From contig NC_088806.1 of assembly GCF_011386835.1 (NCBI RefSeq), positions 1,178,001-1,242,000 on the forward strand: a stretch of DNA of 64,000 nt, written 5' to 3'. The notes under the pieces are model-generated. The model searched no databases. It saw only the letters and a program-made list of their open reading frames with translations, and was not told the DNA's origin. Positions 23,657 to 35,820 of the stretch are shown here, in pieces. Made by a program: the position numbers and the translations under genes. The stretch comes from Chrysemys picta bellii (lineage: Eukaryota). The first letter of the stretch is position 1; every line of letters starts with the position of its first letter.

Positions 23657-24731
23657 TGTGACGTTATTGACATAAACTGGGACCATATAGATCATTGTTG
23701 CAACCAAGGTCCTGTAGTGGCACCCAAATCGTGTATAAAGGGGGTCAAATGGGGTGTCTAGGACAAGGTCATGGTTTACTGGTTATGATTATGCTGTCTA
23801 TATGTGTGTATCAGTTTTGTAGTCGAAGTTATGAATATTGGCTCTGTACTGTCTGTATGGCAAACTTATGCTATGCTGCTGGGTGACATCCCAGACAAGC
23901 TGAGATTAGCTCTGCCTAGCCTGCTTGATGGCCCATTAAGGACCATCAGCTATACAATGGACCCATTGAGAGAAGGCAGATACGCCTTGTACCTCAGCAA
24001 AGTATGCAGGGACTGGCCCATGTGACTCCAGACTCCATTTTGCTGTAATTTTCCACAGTAAGAACAAAGAGGTGTTCTTACACCTGGGAAAGACTATATA
24101 AGGCTGATGCCTCATCTCCATCTTGTTTTCAATCCTGCTTCATACCTCTGGAGGGACTTTGCTACAAGCTGAAGCTCTGAACAAAGGACTGAGGACCCAT
24201 CCCAGCGGGGGATGTTCCAGAGACTTGATTTGAACCTGCAGTTTATTCCATCGCTGCTGCAAGCCTGAACCAAGAACTTGGCCATTACTGCATGTAATTG
24301 ATTCCATTTAACCAATTCTAACTCTCATCTCTATCTTTTTCCTTTTATGAATAAACCTTTAGATTTTAGATTCTAAAGGATTGGCAACAGCGCGATTTGT
24401 GGGTAAGATCTGATTTATATATTGACCTGGGTCTGGGGCTTGGTCCTTTGGGATCAGGAGAACCTTTTTCTTTTACTGGGGTATTGGTTTTCATAACCAT
24501 TTGTCCCCATAACGAGTGGCACTGGTGGTGATACTGGGAAACTGGAGTGTCTAAGGAGATTGCTTGTGAGACTTGCGGTTAGCCAGTGGGGTGAGACCGA
24601 AGTCTTAGTCTGGCTGGTTTGGTTTGCCTTAAAGGTGGAAAAAGCCAGCCTTGGGCTGTTACTGCCCTGTTTGAGCAATTTGTCCTGAGTTGGCGCTCTC
24701 AGTTGGGTCCCGCCAGAACCGCATTGTCACA
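23657..24731 (+). mobile_element. Unrelated solo LTR (1075 bp) nested in the Gypsy internal region, copy 1
   Basis: TGTGACG...TGTCACA termini, 5-bp TSD GCCTG (23652-23656, 24732-24736), internal TATATAA and AATAAA. Confidence 0.88.
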
Positions 24732-27700
24732 GCCTGGTCCAGACGTGCTGCTGGGAAGTGATTACACAGCAGGGAGGGAGCGACCAGGGACAGGGCTCGG
24801 GGGGGCTGTGACCCCAGGCCCAGCCAGCGAGAGGGAGCAGGTCCCACTCCCTTCCCCAGCAGCTGAATTCCCGACCGAGCTGCAGAGGGATCCCTCCTTG
24901 GAGAAGCTGAGGGAACTTGCTGGCCACAGCGCTGCAAACCCCTTTGGGGACGGCTGCAGGACAGAGTCCGGTGGGAGAAGGGATTCCTATACCGGGAATG
25001 GGCTCCCCAAGGGGAAGTAGAACTGGGGGGAATCAGGAGGCAGCTGGTGGTGCCCCAGGAATCCACAGGGTTCTTCCCTTTCGAGCTGCTGGATGGGAGG
25101 ACAGTGAGGGGACCCCTGGACCCGGAAGGGGAGGATTGGGAGGAGAAGGGGGAAGACCCCTGGTGGATCTCTTCCCTGAGGTGGGAGCCAATCTCCCCAT
25201 CAGGTGTTCCCCGTTCAGTCACTGGGAAAGCAGCCCAGAACCTGGAGAGAGAGGTCAAGGACATGCTGGCTTTAGATGGGATCCAGCCGTTCAACAGCCC
25301 ATGGGCCTCACCCGTGGGGCTGGTCCCCAAGGAAGACGGGATGATCTGGTTCTGTGGGGACTATCGGAAGCTTAAAGCCATCACCGTGTCCGATGCCGGC
25401 CCCACGCCTAGGCCTGGGGAGATTCTAGACAAGCTGAGGGGGATGGAGAACGTGGCCCTGGTGTACATCGATGACGTGTGTGTCTTTAGCCAGACCGGGG
25501 AGGGACATGTGTCCCAGGTGAAGAGGGGACTGGGCTGCCTCAAGGAGGTGGGATTGACGGTAAAAGCTGGAAAGTGTAAGGTGGGGACGACAGAGGTGTT
25601 GTATCTGGGCCACAAGGTGGGGAGCGGCTGCCCAAGCCCAGAGCTGGCCAAGGTCAAGATAGGGGCTCTTAACCAAGAGAGCCCGAATCGCAGCCTCCAG
25701 ACCAAAGTGCTGGGAGAAGACCCAGTCCCATTTGAATCCCAGGGGTATTGGGGTGGCAAAAGGGCACGGGCCGCATAAACCTTCCCACATGCGGCCTGCG
25801 AGAGCCATCAAGCGCACTCGAACTAAGGGAGGGAACAAAACTGGAAGGGCCTGGTGTAACTCTCACCAAGGAATGGGAGGGATGCTGGGGCATCCATGGG
25901 AACGTTGGTGGGTTCGAACTTCCCCGGGTCACTGGCTAAAGTGCCCTGCTCAGTTCGGTCTCGAAGGGGGGAGAGATGTGACGAAGTGGGACTGTTCTTA
26001 ATGTTTTCCTCAGTTTCCCCTATGCAGTTCTTAAGTATCTAGGGGGTGGGATAAGGGTGTCGGGTTGCTGCAGAGCAAAGGGCCAGGGCACATAAATGCC
26101 CGACACTCTGTCTCCTGGCAACTGATGGCCTGGGCCCCTCCTCTGCAAAGGTGCCAACTGAAGGTGTTGGAGACAAAGGGATCAGGTGACCTCCTGGCCT
26201 GGGAAAGAGACAAAGCCCAGAGAAGGAGGGGCTGGACGGGGGTGGGAGTTTGGAGCTAGCTGGGGACTGGAAGGGAGGGCGGACGTGGGTCTGCCTCGCG
26301 GGGCCCCAGAATGGACCCGGCCGAGGGGTCCCATTTGCTGGACCTACAAGCTCTGTTTTAGACTGTGTTCCTGTCGTCTAATAAACCTCTGTGTTACTGG
26401 CTGGCTGAGAGTCACGTCTGACTGCGAAGTGGGGGGTGCAGGACCCTCTGGCTTCCCCAGGACCCCGCCTGGGCGGACTCGCTGTGGGAAGCGCACGGAG
26501 GGGCATATGCTGAATGCTCCCAGGAGAGACCCAGGAGGTGAAGCCGTGTGAGCTCCTTGCCCTGAAGACAGTCTGCTCTGAGGGAGAGGAGGCTCCCCAA
26601 AGTCCTGCCTGGCTTGTGGGGAGCAGTTCCAGAGCATCGCCCGGGGACTCCGTGACAACTGGTGGCAGAGGTGGGATGTACGGCACCCCGTGAAGGGCGC
26701 TTCTTGCAGTAAGTGACTGGGGAGCAGTAAAACGAAGGGGGGATACCAAGAACCAGGCGTGCTGAAGCTCAGAGAGGGACGGTTTCGGGGCGATTAACCC
26801 CAGGAGTGTGCGACCAGTGAGAAGGACTGTTGGAGTAACGGGGTTCCCCTGGGGATTGCAGCGAGCGGTCCCAGGGGCGGAGGAGTCTGCAGCTCGACCC
26901 TGGCAAAGAGGTGATACCACGAGAAGGGCTGGCACACTAGGGCTTCTTCCTGGAAACCAGGGGGAGCTGAGAGCACACGGGCCTGAGAATCCAGAGCAAC
27001 TTGGGAACAGCGGAGTGATGGCCTATCACCATCTCCTCAAGAAGGACTTTGTGATCCTGTGCAAAAAGAGAGGGTGACGCATTGGGAAGTTCACCAAGGC
27101 CCAGTTAATCGTGCAGCTGGACGAGGACCGCTCTAAGGAGCAGATTCCTGACCCAGACGGGGCTACAAGAGGATCTGGGAGCAGCTGGAGCAGTAGCCAG
27201 GCATCCCCAAGAGTCTGGTCCCCAACCGGACGGGGGTCTTCACGCTCGGGTTCCCCATCAGGGGGTCGGAGACGGATGGGACTGGAGCTGAGTCCGAGAG
27301 AGCGAGAGGACCGTGAGAGACAGCGAGAGCCCGAGGAAAAGCTGCAGGAGACGCAGCGGCAGCATGGACTGGCGCTGGTGGAGCGGAGAGGCATAGGGGG
27401 CTCCCCAGGGGTGAGTGGGGATAGACCCGGGGCTGCCAGTTCCGCAGGGAGCCTTGACACTAAATTGCTGCCCCTGGTTAAGGGGGGGGGGGGATGTGGA
27501 TGCCCACCACACGGCCTTGGAGCAGGCTGGCAATTTGAACCAGGGGGACCCTGCGGAGAAGCCCCGGTATCTAGCCCCCTTGCTGGGTCCCAAGGCCATA
27601 GACGCCGTCAGCCAGATGGGTGGGGTGGTGGATAGGCTCCCACTCCTGGCCCCGGCCTATATGTCTGCGTGGAGTCTCCTGGGCTCAGGCCCCTCGGACC

Positions 27701-28397
27701 CCCAGTGGGAGCGGAAGGTGCGGGTCAATGGGGGGACATGCCTGGGGTGGCGAGACCCTGGGACAGAGAGAACTGTTGTCAGGCCCCGGGCGGTGCAGCC
27801 GCAGATGCTGAGGGGCTGTGTGACCTGGGGGAAGGTCCCCGGGACGAAGCCCCTCGCCCTGCCTATGGCCGGATCCCTGTGCAGACCCAGGAGGGGTCGG
27901 GCTGGCTGGTCGTTGGGGTTCTCCAGGATCTCGGCTGTGAGGTCCTGTTGGGGGGTGACGGTGTCTCTTTGGGACAGGATCCAGGCCCTGCCCCTGTAAC
28001 GACCGAGGATTTGAATTTGAATCCAGGGAACCAATTGGCTAAGAGGGAAATGGTCAGTGACAATGCAAATGACCTGGCTGGCAGGAGGGAGGGGCTGCTG
28101 GGCTCAGGGTACCTGCCTGCCTGTGACCAGACCCCTGGGGCGGAGTGGGAGGGAGAGATGCTCCCCGCCCCCCTGCACACCGGAGAGGGGGTCACGCTGG
28201 CTCTGATGCTGTGACCAGAGCAGAGAGCTCGCTGCCTGCCCCCACTGGGACAACAGGGACAGTGCTGGGCACGGTGGGAGCTGAGACCCCAGCTGAGTGG
28301 GGGGGGGACACAGGCTGGGCACGGTGGGAGCTGAGACCCCAGCTGAGTGGGGGGGGGACACAGGCAGGACAGGTCGGCTGCCAACCAGGTTTGCCTG

Positions 28398-29472
28398 TGT
28401 GACGTTATTGACATAAACTGGGACCATATAGATCATTGTTGCAACCAAGGTCCTGTAGTGGCACCCAAATCGTGTATAAAGGGGGTCAAATGGGGTGTCT
28501 AGGACAAGGTCATGGTTTACTGGTTATGATTATGCTGTCTATATGTGTGTATCAGTTTTGTAGTCGAAGTTATGAATATTGGCTCTGTACTGTCTGTATG
28601 GCAAACTTATGCTATGCTGCTGGGTGACATCCCAGACAAGCTGAGATTAGCTCTGCCTAGCCTGCTTGATGGCCCATTAAGGACCATCAGCTATACAATG
28701 GACCCATTGAGAGAAGGCAGATACGCCTTGTACCTCAGCAAAGTATGCAGGGACTGGCCCATGTGACTCCAGACTCCATTTTGCTGTAATTTTCCACAGT
28801 AAGAACAAAGAGGTGTTCTTACACCTGGGAAAGACTATATAAGGCTGATGCCTCATCTCCATCTTGTTTTCAATCCTGCTTCATACCTCTGGAGGGACTT
28901 TGCTACAAGCTGAAGCTCTGAACAAAGGACTGAGGACCCATCCCAGCGGGGGATGTTCCAGAGACTTGATTTGAACCTGCAGTTTATTCCATCGCTGCTG
29001 CAAGCCTGAACCAAGAACTTGGCCATTACTGCATGTAATTGATTCCATTTAACCAATTCTAACTCTCATCTCTATCTTTTTCCTTTTATGAATAAACCTT
29101 TAGATTTTAGATTCTAAAGGATTGGCAACAGCGCGATTTGTGGGTAAGATCTGATTTATATATTGACCTGGGTCTGGGGCTTGGTCCTTTGGGATCAGGA
29201 GAACCTTTTTCTTTTACTGGGGTATTGGTTTTCATAACCATTTGTCCCCATAACGAGTGGCACTGGTGGTGATACTGGGAAACTGGAGTGTCTAAGGAGA
29301 TTGCTTGTGAGACTTGCGGTTAGCCAGTGGGGTGAGACCGAAGTCTTAGTCTGGCTGGTTTGGTTTGCCTTAAAGGTGGAAAAAGCCAGCCTTGGGCTGT
29401 TACTGCCCTGTTTGAGCAATTTGTCCTGAGTTGGCGCTCTCAGTTGGGTCCCGCCAGAACCGCATTGTCACA
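28398..29472 (+). mobile_element. Same nested solo LTR, copy 2 (duplicated with the unit)
   Basis: Same termini and GCCTG TSD, offset 4741 bp. Confidence 0.88.
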
Positions 29473-32400
29473 GCCTGGTCCAGACGTGCTGCTGGGAAGT
29501 GATTACACAGCAGGGAGGGAGCGACCAGGGACAGGGCTCGGGGGGGCTGTGACCCCAGGCCCAGCCAGCGAGAGGGAGCAGGTCCCACTCCCTTCCCCAG
29601 CAGCTGAATTCCCGACCGAGCTGCAGAGGGATCCCTCCTTGGAGAAGCTGAGGGAACTTGCTGGCCACAGCGCTGCAAACCCCTTTGGGGACGGCTGCAG
29701 GACAGAGTCCGGTGGGAGAAGGGATTCCTATACCGGGAATGGGCTCCCCAAGGGGAAGTAGAACTGGGGGGAATCAGGAGGCAGCTGGTGGTGCCCCAGG
29801 AATCCACAGGGTTCTTCCCTTTCGAGCTGCTGGATGGGAGGACAGTGAGGGGACCCCTGGACCCGGAAGGGGAGGATTGGGAGGAGAAGGGGGAAGACCC
29901 CTGGTGGATCTCTTCCCTGAGGTGGGAGCCAATCTCCCCATCAGGTGTTCCCCGTTCAGTCACTGGGAAAGCAGCCCAGAACCTGGAGAGAGAGGTCAAG
30001 GACATGCTGGCTTTAGATGGGATCCAGCCGTTCAACAGCCCATGGGCCTCACCCGTGGGGCTGGTCCCCAAGGAAGACGGGATGATCTGGTTCTGTGGGG
30101 ACTATCGGAAGCTTAAAGCCATCACCGTGTCCGATGCCGGCCCCACGCCTAGGCCTGGGGAGATTCTAGACAAGCTGAGGGGGATGGAGAACTTGGCCCT
30201 GGTGTACATCGATGACGTGTGTGTCTTTAGCCAGACCGGGGAGGGACGTGTGTCCCAGGTGAAGAGGGGGCTGGGCTGCCTCAAGGAGGTGGGATTGACG
30301 GTAAAAGCTGGAAAGTGTAAGGTGGGGACGACAGAGGTGTTGTATCTGGGCCACAAGGTGGGGAGCGGCTGCCCAAGCCCAGAGCTGGCCAAGGTCAAGA
30401 TAGGGGCTCTTAACCAAGAGAGCCCGAATCGCAGCCTCCAGACCAAAGTGCTGGGAGAAGACCCAGTCCCATTTGAATCCCAGGGGTATTGGGGTGGCAA
30501 AAGGGCACGGGCCGCATAAACCTTCCCACATGCGGCCTGCGAGAGCCATCAAGCGCACTCGAACTAAGGGAGGGAACAAAACTGGAAGGGCCTGGTGTAA
30601 CTCTCACCAAGGAATGGGAGGGATGCTGGGGCATCCATGGGAACGTTGGTGGGTTCGAACTTCCCCGGGTCACTGGCTAAAGTGCCCTGCTCAGTTCGGT
30701 CTCGAAGGGGGGAGAGATGTGACGAAGTGGGACTGTTCTTAATGTTTTCCTCAGTTTCCCCTATGCAGTTCTTAAGTATCTAGGGGGTGGGATAAGGGTG
30801 TCGGGTTGCTGCAGAGCAAAGGGCCAGGGCACATAAATGCCCGACACTCTGTCTCCTGGCAACTGATGGCCTGGGCCCCTCCTCTGCAAAGGTGCCAACT
30901 GAAGGTGTTGGAGACAAAGGGATCAGGTGACCTCCTGGCCTGGGAAAGAGACAAAGCCCAGAGAAGGAGGGGCTGGACGGGGGTGGGAGTTTGGAGCTAG
31001 CTGGGGACTGGAAGGGAGGGCGGACGTGGGTCTGCCTCGCGGGGCCCCAGAATGGACCCGGCCGAGGGGTCCCATTTGCTGGACCTACAAGCTCTGTTTT
31101 AGACTGTGTTCCTGTCGTCTAATAAACCTCTGTGTTACTGGCTGGCTGAGAGTCACGTCTGACTGCGAAGTTGGGGTGCAGGACCCTCTGGCTTCCCCAG
31201 GACCCCGCCTGGGCGGACTCGCTGTGGGAAGCGCACGGAGGGGCATATGCTGAATGCTCCCAGGAGAGACCCAGGAGGTGAAGCCGTGTGAGGTTCTTGC
31301 CCTGAAGACAGTCTGCTCCGAGGGAGAGGAGGCTCCCCAAAGCATCGCCCGGGGACTCTGTGACACCGTGACACCCCGCGCCTCTGAATTTTTCTTCTAT
31401 TCTTTATCTCCTGCTAAAAATGTCCCTGGTTTGGTCTAAGCCAGACCTGGAAATCGTGCAAGGCCGAGCGAGTGATCTGCAGGTTCCCCGTTTGCAGCCC
31501 GGAGAGCACCCTGGGGAAAGGATCACGAAGGAGACGCAGCAGATGGCAAATCAGTTGTGAGACGTTGGCGCCTGTTTGGTTCTGTTCGGGGTTGTTGATT
31601 AGTTTTTCTCTCTCTCTGTATTTTCTTCAAAAAATTCAGAGAAAGTTTGTGGGAAAGAAATCTCCACCCCAGTCTGGGTCTCCCAGTTTTGGTTCCCGCT
31701 GGGGAAGAGGGTGGCTAGTTCCCGGAGGGCTCGTTAGGAGCCACACCTGGGCTGGATCAGTTAATTCCCTAGCGAGGCCAGCGAGGGCGGGAGCTGAGGA
31801 GACTTCAGGGAACAAGGTAAGTCCTGACACGGTTGAGGAGCTGGGCCGGGGAGAGACCCTGACCCAGCCAGGGTGGACACGGGGCAAGCCGCTGCTTGGG
31901 GACCCCATGAAGCCAGGCCTGGGAAGATGTGGGGGTCGCGGGCAGGTTGGGGCCCAGAGGGGGGAGGAACCTGGGAGGCTGGAGGAGTGGGGAGCACGGG
32001 GTGCCGGGGGATGAGATGTCATGGGGGGGGTTAAAGGCTGCATTGGGGTGGGGGGGGGTTGTTCTAGATTATTTTGCCCTCTGGCTTGGTAACAAGCCGG
32101 CTCTGGGCACACACACACACCCCGCCATGCCTGCCCTCTCAAGGAGGGGTCCTGTCAGACAAGGGAGCCATTCTGGGAAACTGAGGCAGGCTGCCCGGTT
32201 GAACCCCAGCTGGACACTGGCGGGACACCCCCTCTCTTCCCCCCCCCCCGCCAGGGAGTTGTGTTTGGGTCCGGGGCACCAGCAGGAGCAGTAGGGGGTG
32301 GGGTGCTACAGTGCCCCCCAAAGGACGGGCTGAGAGACGGCCTGATGTGGGGGTCCCCCCACACTGGGCCGTTGATGGCAGAGGGTCTGGGGGCGCTGAG

Positions 32401-32580
32401 CGGGTTCCCCTGCCTGGCTCCCCCTCTACCAACCCCAAATCCTCCCCCCACATGACACAGGAACCCCAATGAACCCCGGATCCCTCCACTTCCCCAGGGT
32501 GCACTGGGCCTGCCCCCCCCAGGCCAGGCTCCCCCCCCCAATAAAGACACGAGGTGGCTGGGAAGAGGCCCTGGGCCAGG

Positions 32581-32586
32581 TTTAAT
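32581..32586 (-). terminator. Probable VMO1 polyA signal ATTAAA
   Basis: About 25 nt after the stop codon, followed by a GU/U-rich element on the minus strand. Confidence 0.6.
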
Positions 32587-32609
32587 GGGCGGGCGCCCCC
32601 GGGGGGGCC

Positions 32610-35328
32610 CTAGGGTGGGCAGCAGAAGAAACGGGCATCGTTGAGGGCCGTGTTATCCCCCCGCTTGCCCCCCGGCTCCTCCACCCGGGTTTGGAGGCCG
32701 CAGATGGACCCGGAGAGGCAGGGGTGGCTCCAGGGCCCCTCCTGGTCCCCGGCATCCCCAGCGTCGCCGGCCAGCAGCTCCCTGTCGGAGCAGGCCACGC
32801 GCAGGCCGGTGGCGGCCACATCGTCCCCGGCGTCCTGCTGCGGATGCACCCCCAGCGAGACGGCGCGAAGGTAGCCCCGGGGGCAGTACCGGGCACCCTG
32901 CCACCTGCCCCACCTGAGCCAGGGGAGGAGAGGAGGGGTTAGACCCGTCTGTACATCCGTCCCTCCACCCATCTACCCACCAGTCCATCCACCCGTCCAT
33001 CCATCCATCCATCCCTCCACCTGTCCGTCCATCTATCCACCCACCTACCCACCCGTCCATCCGTCCCTCCACCCATCCGTCCATCCACCTACCCACCTGT
33101 CCATCCATCCGTCCACCCGTCCGTCCATCTATCCACCCACCTACCCACCCACCCATCCATCCGTCCCTCCACCCATCCGTCCATCCACCCGTCCATCCAT
33201 CCATCCATCCATCCCTCCACCTGTCCATCCATCTATCCACCCAGCTACCCACCCNNNNNNNNNNNNNNNNNNNNNNNNNNNNNNNNNNNNNNNNNNNNNN
33301 NNNNNNNNNNNNNNNNNNNNNNNNNNNNNNNNNNNNNNNNNNNNNNNNNNNNNNNNNNNNNNNNNNNNNNNNNNNNNNNNNNNNNNNNNNNNNNNNNNNN
33401 NNNNNNNNNNNNNNNNNNNNNNGTCCATCCACACACCCGTCTGCCCATCTATCTTCCCACCTACCCACCCACCTGTCCATCCATCCATCCATCCACCTGT
33501 CCTTCCACACACCTACCCATCCGTCCATCTGTCCATCCTCCTGTCCATCCGTCCATCTGTCCATACCTCCACCCGTCCCTCCACCTACCCATCTACTCAC
33601 CCACCTACCCACCCATCCATCCATCCATCCATCCCTCCACCCGTCCACCCGTCCACCCGTCCACCCGTCCATCTCTCCATCCTCCCGTCCATCCGTCCAT
33701 ACCTCCACCCGTCCCTCCACCTACCCATATACTTACCCACCTACCCACCCATCCCTCCACCCGTCCACCCATCCCTCCACTCATCTATCCACCCACCTAC
33801 CCACCTGTCCACCCACCTGCCCACCCATCCGTCCACCTATCCACCCACCACTCTACCCAACTAACCCTCCCTCCCTCCATCCTCCCACCCCCACTACCCA
33901 CCCAGTCCTCTACCCCCTCACCCCCCATCTGTCTATACATCCCTCCCCCATCCACCCATCCCTTCCTCCCCCCACGCCCCCATGTCCGTCCCCACACCCC
34001 CATCTGTTCCTCCCTCCCTCTCCAGATGGGGGTTTCCTGGGGGGGGGCTCAGACAGGGCCCAGCCCTTGGGGCTGACACAAGGTGGGCTGGGCCCATGGC
34101 TGCCGTGAGGGACCCAGGCATCCGGTACTCACGCTCCCACGCTGGACTGGACGGTGGCACCGTTGGAGCAGTGCAAACGGATCCCATTCAACCCCGTGTC
34201 GTCCTCCCCTGGCGCGTCACCCTGGTAGGGGTGCACCTGGGGGGGACAGAGACAGAGTGAGGTGGGGGGGCTGAGGGTCAAAGAGAGAGCAGAGAGAGGG
34301 TGTTGGGGGGGAGGAGGAAAATGGGGGGAGAAGATAAGGTGGCTCTTGGGGGAGGGGAAAAGGGGCAGGGGGAAGGGGATGTAAAGGGGGCTGTTGGGGG
34401 GCAGGGGAATAAGGGGGCTCTTGGGGGCAGGGGGAAAAGTGGAAGAGGGGGAAGGGATATAAAGGGGGGGTGTATAAGTGGGGAGGGGGAAGGGGCAGAG
34501 GGGGAAAGGATATAAAGGGGGGTGTATAAGTGGGGAGGAGAAAAGGGGCACAGGGGGAAGGGATATAGAGGGGGTGTATAAGTGGGGAGGGGGAAAAGAG
34601 GCAGAGGGGGGAAGGGGATATAAAGGGGGTGTATAAGTGGGGAGGAGAAAAGGGGCAGAGGCGGGAAGGGATATAAAGGGGTTGTATAAGTGGAGAGGAG
34701 AAAAGGGGCAGAGGGGGAAGGGGTATAAAGGGGGTGTATAAGTGGGGAAGGTAAAAAGGGGCAGAGGGGGGAAGGGATATAAAGGGGGGTATATAAGTGG
34801 GGAGGAGAAAAGGGGCAGAGGGGGGAAGGGATATAAAGGGGGGTGTATAAGTGGGGAAGGGGAAAAGGGGCAGAGGGGGGAAGGGATATAAAGGGGGGTG
34901 TATAAGTGGGGAAGGGGAAAAGGGGCAGAGGGGGAAGGGATATAAAGGGGGGTATATAAGTGGGGAGGAGAAAAGGGGCAGAGGGGGGAAGGGATATAAA
35001 GGGGGGTGTATAAGTGGGGAAGGGGAAAAGGGGCAGAGGGGGGAAGGGATATAAAGGGGGGTGTATAAGTGGGGAAGGGGAAAAGGGGCAGAGGGGGAAG
35101 GGATATAAAGGGGGGTATATAAGTGGGGAGAGGGTCTGCTACCTTCAAGGCAAAGCCGTTGGCATAGCTGCCCTCGGGGCACATCTCCACAGGCCCCCAC
35201 GCCCCCCACGGGGCCCCGTTGGGCACCACGATGACCTGGTTGTAGGGCCGGGAGGGGGGCGCCTTGGCCTGGCCCCCCAGCACGGCCCCTGGGGCCAGCA
35301 GCAGGCAGAGCAGGGCGCCGAGCTGCAT
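32610..35328 (-). CDS. VMO1: Vitelline membrane outer layer protein 1-like, 3 exons (35328-35143, 34236-34133, 32913-32610), 197 aa
   Basis: Signal peptide [40 protein letters not shown]. Three beta-prism repeat motifs [24 protein letters not shown] and [17 protein letters not shown] introns, 594 nt in frame. Confidence 0.9.
32945..33960. repeat. Degenerate (CCAT/CCAC/CCGT)n microsatellite in VMO1 intron 2, spanning an assembly gap
   Basis: Direct inspection. Confidence 0.9.
33255..33422. other. Assembly gap (168 N)
   Basis: Run of N. Confidence 1.
34440..35130. repeat. ~53-bp purine-rich minisatellite in VMO1 intron 1
   Basis: Unit GGGGGAAGGGATATAAAGGGGGGTGTATAAGTGGGGAAGGGGAAAAGGGGCAGA, about 13 copies. 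Confidence 0.9.
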
Positions 35329-35486
35329 CGCGGCCGGACTCAGGGTCTGCAGCCTGGGCCCCGAGGGGGCATTTGTACCCGGCTTGTCCCTGGGCCGACG
35401 CCAATGCAAATGGGGCCTTATCTCCCCAAGGCGGGGTCACCGTGACCCGGGCCGGCCTGTCCCCCACACCCCCTTTGCACTATGGA

Positions 35487-35820
35487 CCCGATGTCCCCAC
35501 TGCCCCTCACTCCCGACCCGCAGCCCCCTAGCCCTGCCGGTGCCCCTCCCTCCCAACCCGCAGCCCCTGCCAGCCCAGCCCTGCCCCCCCCCAGCTCTGC
35601 CGGTGCCCCTCACTCCCGACCCGCAGCCCCTGCCAGCCCAGCCCTGCCCCCCCCCAGCTCTGCCGGTGCCCCTCACTCCCGACCCGCAGCCCCTGCCAGC
35701 CCAGCCCTGCCCCCCCCAGCTCTGCCAGTGCCCCTCACTCCCGACCCACAGCCCCTGCCAGCCCGGCCCTGCCCCCCCAGCTCTGCCGGTGCCCCTCACT
35801 CCCGACCCGCAGCCCCCTGC
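35487..35820 (-). repeat. ~61-bp minisatellite, inverted relative of the arrays at 51636-54055
   Basis: Unit GTGCCCCTCACTCCCGACCCGCAGCCCCTGCCAGCCCAGCCCTGCCCCCCCCAGCTCTGCCG. Confidence 0.85.

Larger units (their letters stand above)
21237..31365 (+). mobile_element. Gypsy (Gmr1-like) LTR retrotransposon in tandem: LTR1-internal-LTR2-internal-LTR3, non-autonomous, deleted
   Basis: LTRs at 21237-21917, 25977-26657 and 30718-31365 (TGTGAC...GTGACA). Period 4740-4741 bp. One 5-bp TSD, CCGTG (21232-21236, 31366-31370). PPT GAAGGGGGGAGAGA before LTR2 and LTR3. RT motifs SPWASPVGLVPK, FCGDYRKL, YIDD. Confidence 0.93.
12951..31373 (+). mobile_element. Solo LTR (Gypsy-type termini) split into 12951-13466, ~20773-20830, 20981-21236 and 31366-31373 by nested insertions
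   Basis: Begins TGTGATGAAGTGGG like the other LTRs here. AATAAA at 20817 is followed by the CTGGCTGAGAGTC motif shared with them. Ends CCGTG|ACA and is flanked by CCCC on both sides. Confidence 0.72.

Noticed and set aside
31472-32014. 180-aa ORF and a donor-like AAG|GTAAGT near 31818; also CAG|GTATCC near 12902 on the other side of the LTR nest
   Set aside because: No recognisable domain or consistent exon chain. Could be non-coding exons but cannot be supported from sequence alone.
32540-32545. Plus-strand AATAAA suggesting a convergent gene such as TM4SF5
   Set aside because: No matching coding exon found. It is adequately explained as the complement of the U-rich element downstream of the VMO1 polyA signal.
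34440-35130. TATAAAGG in every repeat unit as an array of antisense TATA promoters
   Set aside because: It is a consequence of the repeat unit, with no initiator, downstream exon or other support.
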